Below are positions 16,596 to 24,688 of a stretch of 32,000 bases of DNA, one piece after another. The stretch lies in assembly GCF_000009045.1 (NCBI RefSeq), contig NC_000964.3, positions 480,001-512,000 of the forward strand. The letters run 5' to 3'. The stretch comes from Bacillus subtilis subsp. subtilis str. 168. GTDB lineage: Bacteria; Bacillota; Bacilli; Bacillales; Bacillaceae. The translations under genes and the position numbers were made by a program. Positions within the stretch are counted from its first letter, which is position 1. Each line of letters begins with the position of its first letter. The notes beneath the pieces are model-generated. The model saw only the letters and a list, made by a program, of their open reading frames with translations, had not been told where the DNA came from and did no database searches.

Positions 16596-16620
16596 ATTTC
16601 CGATCGATAGAAAGATAAAC
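16596..16620 (-). promoter_or_regulatory. Sigma-B type promoter of ydbD
   Basis: Minus strand: GTTTAT (16620-16615), 13-nt spacer, GGAAAT (16601-16596). ydbD is a known sigma-B regulon member. Confidence 0.6.
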
Positions 16621-16645
16621 GAAAAACAGCGTATCGAGATGGGAA

Positions 16646-17698
16646 CTATGAATCTTTTCGCAGCTCCAACAGTTCCCGGATCAGCTCCCGGCCAAAGATG
16701 GGCTCATACTGCCGGTAAACAGGGTCAAGACGCTTCATCCATTCTTGTTTCTCTTTATCTGACAGCTCATAAATATGTATAGCAGAATTCTTTTTGATTT
16801 CTTCCAGCTGCTCCTTGTTCATTTGTTCGGCATACGTTTCATTCCACTCCGTTGTCTCCTTCATCGCTTCAGTCAAAATGCGTCTTGTTTCTGGTGTTTG
16901 CGCCTTCCAGAAGTGTTCATCAGTCATGACAGCGTAGCCGAGATAACCGTGGCTGCTTATTGTCAAATAGTCCTGAACATTATAAAATTTTTTAGAATAG
17001 ATGTTTGAAATTGTATTTTCTTCGCCATCGACTACATTGTTTTCTAACAGCTGAAAGGTAGAATTGAAGGATTCCTGATGAGGTGTTGCGCCAAGCAGCT
17101 TGAACTGATCCTCAATCACATCGCTTTGCATAATGCGCAGATCCTGCCCTTTTAAGTCATCCGGTGTTTTGACCGGCCCTTGATTTGTTGTGATTTGCTT
17201 AAAGCCGTTCGTCCAATAGGCCAATCCTTTCAATTGGTTTTTCTTTAGAGAATCAAACAGCTGTGTGCCGATGCTTCCGTTCAGCCCTTTTTTGACGGCG
17301 TTGTAATCTGTAAATGCATACGGCAGATCCAGCACTCCCCATTCAGGCGAGAGCATGCCGAGCTTCGATGTGGAGGGGGCGATAAATTGAACATCGCCGT
17401 TTTGCAATGCTTCAATTTCTTCAATGTCCGAGTACAGGCTTCCATTCGGAAATACTTCTATTTTTATTTTTCCGCCTGATTTTTCGTTCACCAGATCAGC
17501 GAATTTATTGGCGGCCAGCCCTTTTGGCGTATTTTCAGCAACCACGTGGCTGAATTTAAACACGATTTGATCCTGCAGGCCTTCCTGGTCGTCATCATAA
17601 ACAATCTTTTTATTGCCGGTATGATCATGGAATCCGATAAATAAAGCGGTTGCAATTCCAGCGATCATCAGTGCGAGACATGCAAGCAAACTCTTCAT
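16646..17698 (-). CDS. dctB: Membrane-anchored TRAP-type (DctP-family) C4-dicarboxylate binding protein, co-sensor for DctS
   Basis: 350-aa ORF with an N-terminal anchor MKSLLACLALMIAGIATALFIGF, then a periplasmic-binding fold typical of TRAP DctP proteins. Divergent from dctS. Confidence 0.9.
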   Translation of the reverse strand: MKSLLACLALMIAGIATALFIGFHDHTGNKKIVYDDDQEGLQDQIVFKFSHVVAENTPKGLAANKFADLVNEKSGGKIKIEVFPNGSLYSDIEEIEALQNGDVQFIAPSTSKLGMLSPEWGVLDLPYAFTDYNAVKKGLNGSIGTQLFDSLKKNQLKGLAYWTNGFKQITTNQGPVKTPDDLKGQDLRIMQSDVIEDQFKLLGATPHQESFNSTFQLLENNVVDGEENTISNIYSKKFYNVQDYLTISSHGYLGYAVMTDEHFWKAQTPETRRILTEAMKETTEWNETYAEQMNKEQLEEIKKNSAIHIYELSDKEKQEWMKRLDPVYRQYEPIFGRELIRELLELRKDS

Positions 17699-17767
17699 GA
17701 AAAGCCCTCCCCTATGTTAAGGATAATGGGGGCTATGACATTCGTAAAGACCTGAAAGGAGAAGCTG

Positions 17768-19375
17768 ATGAACAAAAAGAAGCTCTCAATCCGTTGGAAA
17801 ATCACGATCTTATCCTATATACTCGTCATTTTCTCCTTTTTGATCGGCGGCATTGTGCTCATCGGCAACATTCAGCATACAGAGGAGCGGGAGCTGAAAA
17901 AGCGGCTGATGAATACGGCCCGGACGGTGTCAGAGATGACAGAAGTGAAAGAAGCCTTGGCGCGAAAAAAACAAACAGAAGCGGTTCGCCATGCGGTTGA
18001 AGAAATCAGGATGATTAATGAAGCAGACTATATTGTCGTCATGGATATGAATCACATCCGATATACGCATCCTGTCAGCACAAGCATTGGCAAGAAATCA
18101 GAAGGTGCAGACGAGGAGGCAGCTTTTGCGGAGCACATTTATTTCTCTGAAGCAAAGGGCGAGATCGGCACGGCGGTTCGCGCTTTTTATCCGGTAAAGG
18201 ATCAAGACCTGAACCAAATAGGCGTGGTGCTTGTCGGAAAAACGCTGCCGGGGATCGCTGACATCCTGCTTCATTTAAAGCGTGATATCGCCTTCATCGT
18301 TGTGCTGACACTCGGCTTTGGCCTTGCTGGTTCCTTTTTGCTGGCCCGCCATATCAAAAAACAAATGTTTCAGCTTGAACCCCATGAGATTGTCCGAATG
18401 TATGAAGAACGGACAGCGACGTTTCACTCGATGAATGAAGGGGTGATCGCTATTGACAATCGTCTCGTCATTACGATCTTCAATGAAAAAGCGAAACAGA
18501 TCTTTGAAGTGCAGGGGGATCTAATCGGCAAGGTGATTTGGGAGGTTCTCAAGGATTCGCGCCTGCCCGAAATCGTGGAGCGGAACAAAGCGGTTTATAA
18601 TGAAGAAATTCGTGTCAGCGGTAAGGTGATCATGAGCAGCAGAATTCCGATCGTCATGAAGAAAAAAGTGATCGGCGCCGTTGCGATTTTTCAGGACAGA
18701 ACGGAAGCGGCCAAGATGGCAGAGGAATTGACTGGTGTCAGAAACTTTGTGGAGGCGCTCCGTGTCCAAAACCATGAGCATATGAATAAGCTGCACACGA
18801 TCGCCGGTCTCATCCAGCTGGGGAAATCTGAAAAAGCCTTGCAGCTTGCATTCCAGGCGTCAACTGAGCAGGAAAATGTGACTGAATTTCTGCACCGCTC
18901 GATTCAAAATGACGCTGCGGCAGGCCTTCTATTAAGTAAAATCAGAAGGGGAAGAGAGCTCGGCATTGCTGTTCATATAGATGAAAACAGCAGTCTTCAG
19001 CAATTTCCCGAGCATGTTGATCAGCATGATATTGTCGTGCTTTTGGGGAATCTGATTGAAAATGCCTTCGGCTCATTTGAAACCGTTCAATCTGAAGACA
19101 AACGAATTGACATTAGTATCGAACAAACAGATGATATCCTTGCTATTTTAATAGAAGATAACGGCTGCGGAATTGAACCGACACATATGCCTCGCCTTTA
19201 TGACAAAGGTTTTACGGTCAATAAAACTGGCGGCACAGGCTATGGCCTGTATCTAGTGAAACAAATCATAGACAAAGGATCGGGCACGATAGAAGTTGAT
19301 TCACATGCGGGGCAGGGGACATCTTTTTCTATCGTTTTTCCAATGAAGGGGGAGGAAGCACAGCATGGCTCGTAA
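17768..19375 (+). CDS. dctS: CitA/DcuS-family sensor histidine kinase for C4-dicarboxylates
   Basis: 535 aa. Two TM helices flank an extracytoplasmic PAS/Cache-like domain, followed by a cytoplasmic PAS domain. H-box NHEHMNKLHTIAGL. ATPase N/G boxes NLIENA, DNGCGI, GTGYGL. Confidence 0.92.
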   Translation: MNKKKLSIRWKITILSYILVIFSFLIGGIVLIGNIQHTEERELKKRLMNTARTVSEMTEVKEALARKKQTEAVRHAVEEIRMINEADYIVVMDMNHIRYTHPVSTSIGKKSEGADEEAAFAEHIYFSEAKGEIGTAVRAFYPVKDQDLNQIGVVLVGKTLPGIADILLHLKRDIAFIVVLTLGFGLAGSFLLARHIKKQMFQLEPHEIVRMYEERTATFHSMNEGVIAIDNRLVITIFNEKAKQIFEVQGDLIGKVIWEVLKDSRLPEIVERNKAVYNEEIRVSGKVIMSSRIPIVMKKKVIGAVAIFQDRTEAAKMAEELTGVRNFVEALRVQNHEHMNKLHTIAGLIQLGKSEKALQLAFQASTEQENVTEFLHRSIQNDAAAGLLLSKIRRGRELGIAVHIDENSSLQQFPEHVDQHDIVVLLGNLIENAFGSFETVQSEDKRIDISIEQTDDILAILIEDNGCGIEPTHMPRLYDKGFTVNKTGGTGYGLYLVKQIIDKGSGTIEVDSHAGQGTSFSIVFPMKGEEAQHGS

Positions 19376-20045
19376 AGAATGGAAGGTTCTGCTCATTGAA
19401 GACGATCCGATGGTTCAAGAGGTCAATAAGGATTTCATTACAACTGTTAAAGGCGTTACTGTCTGTGCAACGGCAGGAAACGGAGAGGAAGGCATGAAGC
19501 TGATTAAAGAAGAACAGCCAGATCTCGTCATTCTCGATGTGTACATGCCGAAAAAAGACGGCATCAAGACCTTGCAGGAGATCAGAAAGCAAAAGCTTGA
19601 AGTGGATGTCATTGTCGTCTCCGCTGCAAAAGACAAGGAAACGATCTCACTCATGCTGCAAAACGGGGCGGTTGACTATATCTTAAAGCCGTTTAAGCTT
19701 GAGCGAATGAGACAGGCACTCGAAAAGTACAAGCAATATAAACAAAAAATCGAAGCGAATGATACGCTGTCCCAGGAACAGCTCGATGCGATCCTGAATA
19801 TTCCGCAGCAGGCCGTACAGGATCTGCCGAAAGGGTTGAATCACTTCACGATGAATGAAGTCACTGCTTTTTTGAAACAGCAAACCGCATCCCTTTCTGC
19901 TGAAGAGGTTGCCAAGGCGCTCGGCATCGCCAGAGTGACAGCCAGACGATATCTTGATTACTTAGAAAAAACCGGGATCATCAAATTGGACGTTCAATAC
20001 GGCGGAGTCGGCCGGCCGGTCAACCGCTACGTGTTAAAAGGATAA
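19365..20045 (+). CDS. dctR: CitB/DcuR-family response regulator
   Basis: 226 aa. Receiver domain (LLIEDDPMV ... DLVILDVYMP ... KPF) plus a C-terminal HTH (AEEVAKALGIARVTARRYLDYL). Overlaps dctS by 11 nt. Confidence 0.92.
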   Translation: MARKEWKVLLIEDDPMVQEVNKDFITTVKGVTVCATAGNGEEGMKLIKEEQPDLVILDVYMPKKDGIKTLQEIRKQKLEVDVIVVSAAKDKETISLMLQNGAVDYILKPFKLERMRQALEKYKQYKQKIEANDTLSQEQLDAILNIPQQAVQDLPKGLNHFTMNEVTAFLKQQTASLSAEEVAKALGIARVTARRYLDYLEKTGIIKLDVQYGGVGRPVNRYVLKG

Positions 20046-20102
20046 ACCTGAGACCAAAAAGACCAAAATGTCCGTTATGATCATAAACTTCCCCAGACTG
20101 TA

Positions 20103-20116
20103 TGAAAACGCTATCA
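20103..20116 (+). promoter_or_regulatory. Catabolite-responsive element (cre, CcpA site) at the dctP promoter
   Basis: TGAAAACGCTATCA fits every specified position of the consensus TGWAANCGNTNWCA. It overlaps a TATGAA -10-like hexamer (20101-20106). Confidence 0.65.
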
Positions 20117-20165
20117 TTCTAGTAAGAAAGACACAAAAGGCGAATAGGACAGGGGGATGAAGGAT

Positions 20166-21431
20166 ATGAAACTGTTTAAAAATTTAACAGTTCAGGTCAT
20201 AACCGCGGTCATCATCGGGGTCATTGTCGGGCTGGTCTGGCCGGATGTCGGCAAAGAAATGAAACCGCTTGGTGATACATTTATCAACGCTGTTAAAATG
20301 GTGATCGCACCAATCATTTTCTTCACAATCGTTCTCGGGATTGCAAAAATGGGCGATATGAAGAAGGTTGGAAAAGTAGGGGGAAAAGCGTTTATCTATT
20401 TCGAGGTTGTCACCACCCTCGCACTCATTATCGGTTTATTTGTCGTCAATATTATGAAGCCGGGTGCGGGTCTTGATTACAGCAAGCTTGAAAAAGGAGA
20501 TGTATCACAATACACGCAAAATGGCGGTCAGGGAATCGACTGGATTGAATTTATTACACACATTGTTCCGTCCAACATGGTTGATGCCTTCGCAAAAGGG
20601 GACATTTTGCAGGTCTTATTCTTTTCTATTCTTTTCGGAGTGGGTCTTGCGGCATTAGGCGAAAAAGGAAAAAGCGTCATTGATTTCTTCGACAAGGTTT
20701 CTCACGTTTTTTTCAAAATTATCGGCTACATTATGCGTGCCGCGCCAATCGGGGCATTCGGGGCGATGGCGTATACAATCGGACACTTCGGGCTCGATTC
20801 CATCAAACCGCTGGCAAGCTTAATGATGTCTGTTTATATTACGATGTTCCTGTTCGTATTTGTTGCTTTAAATATCATCTGCAAGCTTTACGGATTCAGC
20901 CTGTGGAATTACCTTCGCTTCATTAAGGATGAGCTTTTGATCGTGCTTGGCACAAGCTCTTCCGAATCGGTGCTTCCGCGTATGATGGATAAAATGGAGC
21001 GCTACGGCTGTTCCAAATCCGTTGTCGGGCTTGTTATTCCGACGGGCTATTCGTTTAACCTCGACGGCACATCCATCTATTTATCAATGGCGACTGTCTT
21101 TTTGGCACAGGTGTTTGGAGTAGACCTCAGCATCGGCCAGCAAATTACGATTATCCTCGTTCTGATGCTGACATCGAAGGGAGCGGCAGGTGTGACGGGA
21201 AGCGGATTTATCGTCCTTGCCTCAACGCTGTCAGCGCTGCAGGTCATTCCGCTGGAGGGGCTTGCACTCCTGCTCGGGGTCGACCGTTTCATGAGTGAAG
21301 GAAGAGCCATTGTGAACCTGATCGGAAACGGAATCGCCACGATCATTGTTGCCAAAAGCGAAAATGAATTTGATGAAGCAAAAAGCATAGAGGCTGTTGA
21401 AGGCATGAAAAAAATGAAAACAGCAGTCTGA
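20166..21431 (+). CDS. dctP: DAACS-family C4-dicarboxylate:cation symporter
   Basis: 421 aa from ATG 20166, 9 nt after GGGGGA. ATG 20157 abuts the SD. Polytopic, with the conserved SSSE..LP and NLDGT motifs of glutamate/dicarboxylate symporters. Confidence 0.92.
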   Translation: MKLFKNLTVQVITAVIIGVIVGLVWPDVGKEMKPLGDTFINAVKMVIAPIIFFTIVLGIAKMGDMKKVGKVGGKAFIYFEVVTTLALIIGLFVVNIMKPGAGLDYSKLEKGDVSQYTQNGGQGIDWIEFITHIVPSNMVDAFAKGDILQVLFFSILFGVGLAALGEKGKSVIDFFDKVSHVFFKIIGYIMRAAPIGAFGAMAYTIGHFGLDSIKPLASLMMSVYITMFLFVFVALNIICKLYGFSLWNYLRFIKDELLIVLGTSSSESVLPRMMDKMERYGCSKSVVGLVIPTGYSFNLDGTSIYLSMATVFLAQVFGVDLSIGQQITIILVLMLTSKGAAGVTGSGFIVLASTLSALQVIPLEGLALLLGVDRFMSEGRAIVNLIGNGIATIIVAKSENEFDEAKSIEAVEGMKKMKTAV

Positions 21432-21437
21432 AAAAAG

Positions 21438-21464
21438 AACGGCCCATCCATGGGCCGTTTTTTT
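21438..21464 (+). terminator. dctP terminator
   Basis: Stem aacggccca/tgggccgtt, then T7. Confidence 0.85.
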
Positions 21465-21578
21465 AATTGTTTAAGAATTATTAAGGTAAGGACAGAGACC
21501 TCAGCATTTTTTTGTTATATAATTTACAAATGGATACTATATTGAATGAAGGACGTTTGTCCTAACAGGAGTGTATAA

Positions 21579-22631
21579 ATGGCCGCTTTAGTTAAATTTT
21601 TTCAGCACCCGGGAGTAAGGCGTTTCTCCATCTTTGTCGTGTTAACTGGTGTGTTATATCTATTTAAGAGCATGATCAACTTAATATTGCTTACCTTCAT
21701 TTTCACATTTCTAATGGATCGTTTGGAGCTTGTCGTGCGGCAGTTTGTAAGCCAGTTCTTCCGCGTGAGCCAGCGGGTTGTCATTACGTTTCTTTACATG
21801 TTGCTGGCTGTGCTGCTTACAGTCGGGGGCTTTGTGTTTTATCCGGTCGTCGCGGCGCAGATCCAGCAGCTGGTAAAGCAGATTAAACATATTGCGTATC
21901 ATCCTGACAGCATCCCTTTCTTTGATGAGATCACCAGTGTCTTCGGAGATATTAACATCAGTTCATATGTCAAAGAGGGCTTCAATGTAGTGTATACGTA
22001 TCTGGCCGATATCAGCACATTCGGCTTGCAGGTCGTGATGGCGCTCATTCTTAGCATGTTTTTCTTATTTGAGAAAAAACGGCTTTCTGAATTCATGGCG
22101 AAATTTAAAACGAGCAAACTTAGGGTCTTTTATGAGGAGATTGCTTTTTTCGGAAGCAAATTTGCAAGAACGTTCGGCAAGGTGCTCGAGGCTCAATTTA
22201 TCATTGCGCTCGTCAACTGTATTCTGACGTTTATCGCGCTTTGGATTATGCATTTTCCGCAGCTGTTTGGGCTTTCGATTATGGTGTTCTTCCTTGGATT
22301 GATCCCTGTAGCAGGCGTCGTCATTTCCCTGATTCCGCTCAGCATTATCGCCTACAGCACTGGCGGTGGAATGTATGTGCTCTACATTGTCCTTGTCATA
22401 TTCGCCATTCATGCGATCGAAACCTATTTCTTAAATCCGAAGCTGATGTCGGCGAAAACAGAGCTGCCAATCTTTTTCACCTTCACAGTACTCATTTTCT
22501 CTGAACACTTCTTCGGCATTTGGGGTTTAATTATCGGGATTCCGATCTTTGTGTTTCTCCTTGATATTCTGGATGTCACCAACAAGGAAGATAGGTCTAA
22601 AGGACCCCGAGAGAATAGCGATAAAAAGTAG
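21579..22631 (+). CDS. ydbI: AI-2E/PerM (UPF0118) family membrane transporter
   Basis: 350-aa polytopic ORF with SD AGGAG 8 nt upstream. The family assignment comes from the recognised sequence. Confidence 0.85.
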   Translation: MAALVKFFQHPGVRRFSIFVVLTGVLYLFKSMINLILLTFIFTFLMDRLELVVRQFVSQFFRVSQRVVITFLYMLLAVLLTVGGFVFYPVVAAQIQQLVKQIKHIAYHPDSIPFFDEITSVFGDINISSYVKEGFNVVYTYLADISTFGLQVVMALILSMFFLFEKKRLSEFMAKFKTSKLRVFYEEIAFFGSKFARTFGKVLEAQFIIALVNCILTFIALWIMHFPQLFGLSIMVFFLGLIPVAGVVISLIPLSIIAYSTGGGMYVLYIVLVIFAIHAIETYFLNPKLMSAKTELPIFFTFTVLIFSEHFFGIWGLIIGIPIFVFLLDILDVTNKEDRSKGPRENSDKK

Positions 22632-22850
22632 TTTAAAATCGAATAATGAGTGTGCCTCGATCTGCCGGCCTGCCTGTTCAGGGCATGGAATTAAGACTCG
22701 GAATCGGAGCTTGGCATTGCCTTGCACAGTGGTGAACACAACAGGTGACAATGCTTGTCATCAGTACGGAAACTGAAAAGAACAAACAGTCGGAGCAAAC
22801 GCTCATCATCGGTTTAACCAAACATTTGGAAGCAACAAATGCTATAATAC

Positions 22851-22885
22851 AAACAGTGCCTAATGTTGGGCACTGTTTATTTTTT
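22851..22885 (+). terminator. Strong intrinsic terminator 220 nt downstream of ydbI and 23 nt upstream of ydbJ
   Basis: Perfect 10-bp stem aaacagtgcc (22851-22860) with ggcactgttt (22869-22878), 8-nt loop, then ATTTTTT. Confidence 0.8.
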
Positions 22886-22907
22886 GTCGAAAAAGGAGGA
22901 AGGCTTT

Positions 22908-23834
22908 ATGGCTGAGCCGATTTTACATATTGAAGGCCTCGATAAAAAAATTGGGTCTAAACAGATTTTAAAACAGATCAGCATGGACGTCATGGAGGGT
23001 GAAATCATCGGCCTTCTCGGTCCGAATGGTTCCGGAAAAACAACACTCATCCGTATCATCGTCGGGCTGTTGAAACAAAACAGCGGAAGCGTGACAATCA
23101 GCGGATTCCAGCATGATACAGAGTTTGAAAAAGCGATGGAAGCGGTTGGAGCGATTGTTGAGAACCCTGAGTTCTATCCGTACCTGACAGGCTGGGAAAA
23201 CCTCAAGCACTTTGCGAATATGCACAAAAAAATAGCGGATGAACGGCTTGATGAAGTGGTGGAACGTGTCGGGCTGACGTCAGCGATTCATGATAAGGTG
23301 AAAACCTATTCCCTTGGGATGCGCCAGCGTCTGGGAATCGCCCAGGCAATTCTTCACCGGCCGAAGCTTCTCATTCTAGATGAACCGACAAACGGCCTCG
23401 ATCCTGCGGGGATGAAGGATTTTCGGGATCATATTAAGGAACTCGCAGAAATGGAAGGAACAGCTGTCCTGTTCGCCACTCATTTATTGCGCGAGGTTGA
23501 AGACTTGTGCGACCGTGTCATCATCATTCAAAAAGGTGAGATCAAAGCGGAAGTCAGCTTACAAGGAACCGATCAAACCACAGAAAAAGCGATTATAGAA
23601 GTGCAGCCGCAAGAAAAAGCGCTCAATTGGCTGACAGGCAATCAATATCAAGCTGAGAGCCAAGACGGGACGATTGTAGTTGAGGTGGCAAAAGAAAACA
23701 TACCGGAGCTGAACCGATCACTTGTCGGACAAGATCTGAATGTATTTTCCATTACGCCTTACACGCAGTCACTGGAAGACGAATTTATAAAAGCGACAAC
23801 AGCTCATCAAGAGGAGGGAGAAGAGCTTGTCTAA
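22908..23834 (+). CDS. ydbJ: ABC transporter ATP-binding protein (ABC-2/DrrA-like, with a C-terminal extension)
   Basis: 308 aa from ATG 22908, 8 nt after AAAGGAGG. Walker A GPNGSGKT, signature YSLGMRQR, Walker B LLILDEP, and an H-loop (ATH). Confidence 0.9.
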   Translation: MAEPILHIEGLDKKIGSKQILKQISMDVMEGEIIGLLGPNGSGKTTLIRIIVGLLKQNSGSVTISGFQHDTEFEKAMEAVGAIVENPEFYPYLTGWENLKHFANMHKKIADERLDEVVERVGLTSAIHDKVKTYSLGMRQRLGIAQAILHRPKLLILDEPTNGLDPAGMKDFRDHIKELAEMEGTAVLFATHLLREVEDLCDRVIIIQKGEIKAEVSLQGTDQTTEKAIIEVQPQEKALNWLTGNQYQAESQDGTIVVEVAKENIPELNRSLVGQDLNVFSITPYTQSLEDEFIKATTAHQEEGEELV

Positions 23835-24594
23835 ATTAATTTGGAATGAACATATGAAACTTTTTAATCGGAAGGTCACTTTGGTTTCTCTTATCCTGAT
23901 GGCTGTCTTTCAATTCTTCATGGCATTGATCATTAAACGGATTGTCATCAGTGCCGGAACAGATGAAAACTTCATCGGCTATTTATCGTATACACCGAGC
24001 CTGAACATTTTGCTGCAGGCTTTAACGATCGTAATTGCAGCAACAATTGTTTCGATGGAATTTGATAAAAAGACGATCAAATTTTTGCTCATTCGTCCGG
24101 TTAAACGCCAAAAGGTCTTTTGGTCAAAATTAATCACAGTCGTGATGGTCAGCTTCTATTTGTATTTGGCATACTACATTCTGGCATTATTATTCGGTCT
24201 CTTGTTTTTTGGCACATCGGTGACTGCGGAATCAAAGACATTGCTGGTCAACACCTTGGCGCTGATCGGGTCAAACTGGCTTGAAGCTGTAATGATGGGA
24301 TTATTCGGGCTGCTTTGTTCTTCGCTGTTCCGCAATAGCGCGGTAGCAGTTGTTGTTTCTTTTGTCGTTTTATACGGAGCGAGTACACTTGTTCAGCTCA
24401 TGAAGTTGTTTGAAAACAAGTGGGGCAGCTTTTTGCTTTTTGCGAACACTGACTTTACGCAATACAGAAGCGGAGAGACAGCGTTGTTTTCAGGCATGAC
24501 GCCATTGTTTTCAATTGGAATTCTCATCATACATGCCATATTCTTCATCGTTGTTGGCTGGTGGTGCTTCTGTAAACGGGATGTTCGGGTCTAA
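23827..24594 (+). CDS. ydbK: ABC-2 type permease
   Basis: 255-aa ORF with 6 TM helices. TTG start after GGAGGGAG, overlapping the ydbJ stop by 8 nt. Confidence 0.85.
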   Translation: MSKLIWNEHMKLFNRKVTLVSLILMAVFQFFMALIIKRIVISAGTDENFIGYLSYTPSLNILLQALTIVIAATIVSMEFDKKTIKFLLIRPVKRQKVFWSKLITVVMVSFYLYLAYYILALLFGLLFFGTSVTAESKTLLVNTLALIGSNWLEAVMMGLFGLLCSSLFRNSAVAVVVSFVVLYGASTLVQLMKLFENKWGSFLLFANTDFTQYRSGETALFSGMTPLFSIGILIIHAIFFIVVGWWCFCKRDVRV

Positions 24595-24688
24595 AGGCAA
24601 GGAATGACATTTTTGTGAAAAAGCTCACGTAAATCAATATCATTTGATATTTTGGTTTATACTAAAGGTACTGACGGAGGTGTCTCGA

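Noticed and set aside
21511-21530. Possible ydbI promoter around TGTTATATAAT / TTTACA
   Set aside because: I could not pair any -10-like hexamer with a -35 at 16-18-nt spacing, which is too ambiguous to annotate.
22549-22776. 75-aa plus-strand frame ending in a Cys-rich tail (ECASICRPACSGHG...CTVVNTTGDNACHQYGN), which could suggest a ribosomally synthesised peptide precursor
   Set aside because: Its only start codon lies deep inside ydbI in another frame. There is no ATG/GTG/TTG plus SD in the intergenic part before the Cys-rich segment, and no modification or transport genes typical of RiPP clusters flank it. I treat the region as non-coding RNA or DNA (see the ydbI-ydbJ finding).
22885-22891. 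Perfect Spo0A-box heptamers TGTCGAA at 22885-22891 (before ydbJ) and at 26779-26785 (before ydbO)
   Set aside because: A 7-mer is expected by chance a few times in a window of this size on two strands. Without clustering or proper positioning relative to a promoter, this is not evidence of Spo0A control.
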